A DNA stretch of 21,470 nucleotides. It comes from Nitrososphaerota archaeon. Its GTDB lineage: Archaea; Thermoproteota; Nitrososphaeria_A; Caldarchaeales; Calditenuaceae. The notes under the pieces were generated by a model, which was not told the origin of the DNA, made no database searches, and saw only the letters and a program-made list of their open reading frames with translations. Positions 16,554 to 21,470 of the stretch are shown piece by piece. The stretch covers positions 1 to 21,470 of the forward strand of contig JAWBQR010000016.1 of the NCBI GenBank assembly GCA_038845265.1, written 5' to 3'. Positions within the stretch are counted from its first letter, which is position 1; each line of letters starts with the position of its first letter. The translations under genes were made by a program, and so were the position numbers.

Positions 16554-16731
16554 GCCCTGCCTCGCCCTTATAATATTCTTGTTTTTATCCACTTTCCCAA
16601 AATACCGATAGCAACATTCTTTAAAGATTCTCAGAGTAATAATTTATCCTTATCAGACTCATGGAGCAATGTTAAGCCGCCTACTTAAACATTTTATTAG
16701 AAGGAACAATCTATAATGACAGTGCTGTAGG

Positions 16732-17133
16732 TTGAAGAGACGGATATTATTGACACCTCGACAGATTGAAGTTTTGCGACTGAGGAGACGTGGATTTACA
16801 CAAGAACAAATAGCGGAAATACTCAAGACAAGCAGAGAAAATATAAGCATAATTGAGAAAAATGCGTATAGAATAATCAAGGCAGCAAAATCAACCTTAG
16901 AAGCTTTTGAATCGCTTGACTCGGATAGAATATTGACCATACCGGCTGGGACATCAATCTACGACGCTCCGAGAATAATATTTGTACGAGGCGACATATT
17001 AGGAATCAAGATAAAATCATCTGCTGACCGCATAATCTCAATGATAAAGTCTACGGGAAAAGTAAGAGGACACCACCTAATTTCACCAATAGTAGTAGAG
17101 ATATATCAGGATGGAAAAATCTTTATTCAGTAA
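16732..17133 (+). CDS. tfx: Tfx-family DNA-binding protein
   Basis: N-terminal HTH LTPRQIEVLRLRRRGFTQEQIAEILKTSRENISIIEKNA and Tfx C-domain IPAGTSIYDAPRIIFVRGDILGIKI. Confidence 0.88.
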   Translation: MKRRILLTPRQIEVLRLRRRGFTQEQIAEILKTSRENISIIEKNAYRIIKAAKSTLEAFESLDSDRILTIPAGTSIYDAPRIIFVRGDILGIKIKSSADRIISMIKSTGKVRGHHLISPIVVEIYQDGKIFIQ

Positions 17134-17137
17134 TAAT

Positions 17138-17168
17138 GTAAATTAGCTGATTTACGAAGAATTATAAA
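17138..17168 (+). promoter_or_regulatory. 18-bp palindromic operator candidate (GTAAATTAGCTGATTTAC) followed by BRE and TATA box of modA
   Basis: 17138-17155 matches its reverse complement at 16 of 18 positions, then GAAGAA, then TTATAAA (17162-17168); the modA ATG is at 17193. Confidence 0.7.
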
Positions 17169-17192
17169 CACTCTCAAACGAAAATCAACGTA

Positions 17193-18050
17193 ATGAATAA
17201 ACAAACTCTCCTCATACTCACAGCAGGAATAGTTATTGGAATATTAATAGGAACAATAAGCGCCGCATCATCCAATCTATACTTTAATAAACCACAGCAA
17301 GAAAAAGTAATAGTTGTATTTGCAGGCGCTGCTGCTGCTCCTGTATACAGAGAAGCAGCCACGATGTTTGAGTCAAAATATGGCGTTAAGGTTGAACTCA
17401 GGTTAGGCGGGTCTGGCAGCCTATTGTCAGCTATGGAGATCGCGAAGACTGGCGATGTCTACATACCAGGATCTCCCGAATACATACAAAAGGCGATAAA
17501 ATTAGGAATTGTGGAGCCAGACTATGTAAAGAAGATGGCGTATCTCGTCCCCGCGATAATTGTTCAGAAAGGTAATCCTAAAAATATTTCATCTCTAGAA
17601 GACCTCGCGAAGCCCGGTATAAGTGTTGGAATCGCAGACCCTGAATCTGTCTGCGTGGGACTCTACGCAAAGGAATTACTCGAGAAGAATGGATTATGGG
17701 AGGAAGTAAAGAAGAACATTGTAGTATATGCACAGAGCTGTGAGGCAACTGCCTCCCTGATACCGACGAGGTCAGTTGATGCGATTATCGGATGGCACGT
17801 ATTTAAAGCATGGTATCCGGACAAAGCTGACATCGTATGGATAGAGCCATCAAAAATACCAAAGATAGGATACATTGCTGGAGGAGTTTCCACTTTTTCT
17901 AAAGAAAAAGAATTAGCTGAAAAATTCTTAGAGTTTCTCCAATCCGAAGAGATGGCAGATATATGGGGAAAGTATGGATACTATTCATCCGTACAAGAAG
18001 CTATGATACACGCGCCAAATGCCGAGATAGAGGATATCGAAGCAGACTAG
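17193..18050 (+). CDS. modA: Molybdate/tungstate ABC transporter substrate-binding protein
   Basis: N-terminal membrane anchor; VFAGAA, GGSGSLL, GDVYIPG, VQKGNPKNISSLEDLAKPG, IADP, AEKFLEFLQS..WGKYGY. Confidence 0.85.
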   Translation: MNKQTLLILTAGIVIGILIGTISAASSNLYFNKPQQEKVIVVFAGAAAAPVYREAATMFESKYGVKVELRLGGSGSLLSAMEIAKTGDVYIPGSPEYIQKAIKLGIVEPDYVKKMAYLVPAIIVQKGNPKNISSLEDLAKPGISVGIADPESVCVGLYAKELLEKNGLWEEVKKNIVVYAQSCEATASLIPTRSVDAIIGWHVFKAWYPDKADIVWIEPSKIPKIGYIAGGVSTFSKEKELAEKFLEFLQSEEMADIWGKYGYYSSVQEAMIHAPNAEIEDIEAD

Positions 18051-18062
18051 AGGTAGTCTTAC

Positions 18063-18845
18063 TTGAATTTTTTTAAAGCAATAATTAATGGATGCCTTAT
18101 ATTCGCTTCACTATTCGTAGTAATCATCATATTTTCCTCGTGTCTCTTTACTAATCCTAAGTCTCTAATACTAGCTATATTTTCCGAAGAAGTGATCTTT
18201 GCTATATCATTATCAATTAGCACAGCGACAATCTCTACGATCATTGCAATAGTTCTGGCAGTCCCTGCTGCATATGCTCTTTCAAGGGCGAACTTTGCTG
18301 GGAAGGGATTGATTGATGCATTGCTTGATATACCCATAGCATTGCCGCCTGTCGCGATCGGGACGGCCCTACTAATTTTCTTCACAAATACCCCACTCGG
18401 AGTTTATATTAACAATTCATTAATAAGATTCGTATTCGAGGTGCCTGGAATAATATTGGCACAATTCAGTGTCGTAAGCTTTTTAGCAATAAGAATGCTG
18501 AAGCCAATCTTTGAGGCTGTTGACCCACTTTACATCAAGGTTGCAAGAGTTTTAGGATGCAACGAAATACAGTCATTCTTTCGAGTCACATTACCACTAG
18601 TGAGAAACGGCATATTCGGCGCAGCAATTATCTCTTGGGCCAGAGCACTAGGAGAGTTTGGCGCTACTGTCACGCTCGCTGGCGCGACAAGGTTCAAGAC
18701 AGAAACACTGCCCATAGCAATGTATCTAACACTTGCAACTGCAGATATAGAAAAAGCATTAGCACTTGTTCTTATATTGTTGATAGTAGTGCTGAGTATC
18801 CTTGTAATTACGCGGAGAATTCTTCGACAAATCGCATTCTTATAA
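18063..18845 (+). CDS. modB: Molybdate/tungstate ABC transporter permease
   Basis: DIPIALPPVAIGTALL, EAA-like loop KVARVLG...FFRVTLPL, WARALGEFGATVTLAG, TETLPIAMY. Confidence 0.9.
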   Translation: MNFFKAIINGCLIFASLFVVIIIFSSCLFTNPKSLILAIFSEEVIFAISLSISTATISTIIAIVLAVPAAYALSRANFAGKGLIDALLDIPIALPPVAIGTALLIFFTNTPLGVYINNSLIRFVFEVPGIILAQFSVVSFLAIRMLKPIFEAVDPLYIKVARVLGCNEIQSFFRVTLPLVRNGIFGAAIISWARALGEFGATVTLAGATRFKTETLPIAMYLTLATADIEKALALVLILLIVVLSILVITRRILRQIAFL

Positions 18846-18859
18846 AATATTATCGTGAC

Positions 18860-19486
18860 TCATAAAAGTTGTAGCAACAAGCTTATGCCAAGCACAATTA
18901 ACAATGCGCTCAAAATAACCACTATTGGTCTAGTCCATTTCTTAAGAATTCTTTCGCCTCCCTTACCGGCGGTATATGAGACAAATGTCAGCCATGCATA
19001 ATCCATCCAGATATGTGAGAAAAACATTATTAGAATTCCCAACCATGAAGCCAATACAAATGCATCCAAAACCAGCTTTAATCCAATAGTAAACCACCAT
19101 GTTATAAATGCTGGATTCAACGAGGTGAATAGTAGGCCTATAAACAGAGAATTTTGCATTAACCCAGCATCTTTGGAGACTACATCACTGTTCTTTTTCC
19201 TGAGGACACTAACTACCTGCATAGAGCCAAAGACTATTAGGGCCAAAGAGCCGATGATGGTGATGATTACTGAGAGTTGACTGTAGATTAATATCATTGT
19301 AACTCCCGCGGCTATTATCAATACTAGTAGAAACTCGACGATTATGTGTCCAGTAGCAATCATTAGTCCAGCCTTTGCACCTTGTCGAAGTCCCTGAAGA
19401 ACTGTGGCAATGAAGAGGGGACCCGGAAAAAGTGCTCCAGATGCAGAAACTAAGATAATCATTGGTATAAGGGTATCCCAGCCCAT
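18860..19486 (-). CDS. LysE-family translocator
   Basis: SGALFPGPLF, GLRQGAKAG..IATGH, GLLFTSLNPAFITWW; about six TM segments; TATA palindrome TTTATTAATAAA at 19506-19517. Confidence 0.88.
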   Translation of the reverse strand: MGWDTLIPMIILVSASGALFPGPLFIATVLQGLRQGAKAGLMIATGHIIVEFLLVLIIAAGVTMILIYSQLSVIITIIGSLALIVFGSMQVVSVLRKKNSDVVSKDAGLMQNSLFIGLLFTSLNPAFITWWFTIGLKLVLDAFVLASWLGILIMFFSHIWMDYAWLTFVSYTAGKGGERILKKWTRPIVVILSALLIVLGISLLLQLL

Positions 19487-19648
19487 TTACTAACTCAAGA
19501 CCTGATTTATTAATAAACATTATTACCATTCTATTTCTCCGCTATCTCTTTAGACAACGTTAATCAGTAAGATTTTTTCAAAAGTGTGCTATTCTCATTA
19601 AACTAATCGTTAAATAAAAGGAGAGATTTCTACATGCATAGAATACTG

Positions 19649-20077
19649 TTGAGTGTGAAGGAAGTGGCGCCTTTACAGCTGATAAAAGCAACTGCCCAGT
19701 ACCTGAAGGATAACGAACTAGTAACACCTCCTCCTTGGGCCCCATTTGTTAAGACTGGAGTCCATAAGGAGCGCCCACCTACTGATCCTGACTGGTGGTA
19801 CGTCAGGTGTGCAGCTATTCTGAGGAAGGTCTATCTAAAGGGACCCATAGGTGTCTCTCGCCTTAGAAAGATGTATGGAGGAAGACATAGAGTCGGTCAT
19901 GGCCACCCAAGATTTGCACCGGGGAGCGGAGCCATAATCAGGAAGGCACTTCAGCAATTAGAGGCTGCAGGGCTTGTCGTGAAGGATAAAAAAGGACGAA
20001 TAGTAAGCGAGAAGGGAAGAAAACTCCTCGATGAAATCAGCAGCTCCTTAATAAAAAGACAGGCTAAACAGATGTGA
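19649..20077 (+). CDS. rps19e: 30S ribosomal protein S19e (eS19)
   Basis: PPWAPFVKTGVHKERPP, DWWYVRCAAILRKVY, GPIGVSRLRKMYGG, GSGAIIRKALQQLEAAGLV. The start is probably TTG 19649 (TATA TTAAATA at 19610-19616); the ORF track start is 19634. Confidence 0.96.
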   Translation: MSVKEVAPLQLIKATAQYLKDNELVTPPPWAPFVKTGVHKERPPTDPDWWYVRCAAILRKVYLKGPIGVSRLRKMYGGRHRVGHGHPRFAPGSGAIIRKALQQLEAAGLVVKDKKGRIVSEKGRKLLDEISSSLIKRQAKQM

Positions 20078-20274
20078 AAAAAGGCCACCCAGCAATAAGA
20101 AGAATCCACGAAGAACTTTCACAACTATCTAAAGAAATACTAGACTTAAAAGAAGCCTATCTAAGAGGTGAGGTAGATTTTGAAGAATATAGAGAGAAGA
20201 GGGCTGAACTTGAAATTGAGTATGAGAGGCTAGCTGAAGAACGTTTAAGGAAGTATACCAAAAGTAAAAAATAG
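20074..20274 (+). CDS. Small soluble coiled-coil protein with a SHOCT-like motif
   Basis: ILDLKEAYLRGEVDFEEYREKRAEL fits the L-x-x-L...G-x-I/V-x-x-EEY-x-x-K-x-x-x-L pattern; GTGA overlap with the rps19e stop implies translational coupling. Confidence 0.65.
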   Translation: MKKGHPAIRRIHEELSQLSKEILDLKEAYLRGEVDFEEYREKRAELEIEYERLAEERLRKYTKSKK

Positions 20275-20290
20275 CAACATAATAAGCATG

Positions 20291-21469
20291 TTACTCTCCA
20301 TACATTTTTGTAATATTTGCCAAGTCGAATAATATATTGAGGACGTCTAGTCCTCTAATTCTTCCTAGTCCACCCTTACTGCATGCAAATTCATCAAATC
20401 TACTCGTGTCGTCAGTTCTCACACCCTCTCCATGAATTAAGATTGGCACCGGGTCACCCCGATGTTCACCAACAGTTGAGCAGGTTGTATGATCGCCTGT
20501 TATACAAATAATGACATCACTAGTTATTTTGTCGAGATAATTCCCCAGAGTCGAGTCTATCTTTTCGATGAATCTCGCCTTCAGTTCCGGATTCTTATCA
20601 TGGGATGCGCTATCAGTTCCCTTGATATGAAGAAATACAAAATCGTATTTATTCAGCAACTCTATCGCTGTCCTGAATTTTGAGTCCAGATTTGTATTAA
20701 TAGTACCCGTGGCGCCCGGCGCGTTTATGATGTCCATTCCGGCGGCCTTGCATACACCCTTGTATATCGCCCCACCGGCAACAACCGCACCCTTGACGCC
20801 GTACCTCGCACCGATTGATGGCAGAGTTGGAAGTCTACCGGCTCCGCGTGGAAGCACTGCATTGGCCATCTTAAGACCTCTCCGCCTCCTCTCAATGTTA
20901 ATAGGATGATTCTCAAGAATCTCTTTTGATTTCATAAGAAATTCTTTTAGTATTTCTGCTGTTCTTTTAGCATTTTCTGAACTGTCAGTGGGCCTGGGCA
21001 TATGTACTTTCACCCCTTCTCTATGTGGATCAACGTCTGATACTTTTTCCGATAATCCCTCACCTTTAATTACTAGAACGCCACGATGCTCAACTGTATG
21101 CTTAAACACTATCTCGAGATTCCTTGACGACGTTAGTGATAAATCAAGCAACGACCTAGATAGTTGTTCTGCATCTTCATCAGATATCCTCCCAGCCCTG
21201 CGGTCAATCACCACCCAATCATCACTCACGGTAGCAAAGTTGCATCGAAAAGCAATATCAGATGGTCCGAGATCTATTCCTGCACCAAGAGCCTCAAGTG
21301 GGCCCCTGCCACTATAGTAAACATATGGATCATAACCGAGCAGCGCTAGGTGTCCAGTGTCACTTCCAACAGGGATGCCGGGAGCAACCGGATCCATAAT
21401 GCCGGTCACACCACCAGCAGCTAGTAGATCAATATTCGGCTTACGAGCCAACTGCAACGGCGTCATCAA
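20291..21469 (-). CDS. apgM: 2,3-bisphosphoglycerate-independent phosphoglycerate mutase, archaeal type; 5' end outside the window
   Basis: TPLQLARKPNID, GSDTGHLALLGYDP, GRGPLEALG, AFRCNFAT, DRRAGRI, HIKGTDSASHD, TGDHTT, H.GDPVP. Confidence 0.95.
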   Translation of the reverse strand: MMTPLQLARKPNIDLLAAGGVTGIMDPVAPGIPVGSDTGHLALLGYDPYVYYSGRGPLEALGAGIDLGPSDIAFRCNFATVSDDWVVIDRRAGRISDEDAEQLSRSLLDLSLTSSRNLEIVFKHTVEHRGVLVIKGEGLSEKVSDVDPHREGVKVHMPRPTDSSENAKRTAEILKEFLMKSKEILENHPINIERRRRGLKMANAVLPRGAGRLPTLPSIGARYGVKGAVVAGGAIYKGVCKAAGMDIINAPGATGTINTNLDSKFRTAIELLNKYDFVFLHIKGTDSASHDKNPELKARFIEKIDSTLGNYLDKITSDVIICITGDHTTCSTVGEHRGDPVPILIHGEGVRTDDTSRFDEFACSKGGLGRIRGLDVLNILFDLANITKMYGE

Positions 21470-21470
21470 C

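Noticed and set aside
19502-19567. Two half-site matches to the modA palindrome (ctgatttat 19502-19510, gttaatcag 19559-19567) in the lysE-rps19e gap
   Set aside because: Each is 8/9 but they are everted and 48 bp apart in AT-rich DNA, so chance is likely.

Overview
Archaeal chromosomal window. The eL32/eL19/eS19, ESCRT-III, Tfx and ApgM content and the TATA/BRE promoters suggest a TACK-type, possibly Caldarchaeales/Thaumarchaeota-related, organism; that taxonomy is inference. Left to right: (1) the 3' part of an AT-rich GT-C-like membrane protein; (2) two tail-to-tail winged-helix paralogs sharing an N-terminal beta-hairpin/helix module; (3) a divergent operon of stand-alone nurA-herA (no mre11/rad50), ogg, an RNA m5C methyltransferase and a PUA-like protein; (4) a fragment of the spc ribosomal operon (S8-L6 ... 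L32e-L19e-L18) split by a convergent mobA/moeA pair; (5) a PD-(D/E)XK nuclease, cofE, a Cys-rich protein, an Ig-repeat surface protein, a Nudix hydrolase and a solitary ESCRT-III/CdvB paralog; (6) tfx-modA-modB (no modC) with an 18-bp palindrome abutting the modA promoter; (7) lysE, rps19e, a stand-alone SHOCT-like protein and apgM (5' end cut off). The most unusual signal is an extreme A+C-rich plus-strand tract (~1400-3150) that is independent of gene direction. It covers the wHTH pair and nurA, ends abruptly inside nurA and flips to G+T-rich in herA/ogg. A nested palindrome lies at its left edge. No tRNA, rRNA, CRISPR array or IS element was recognised.
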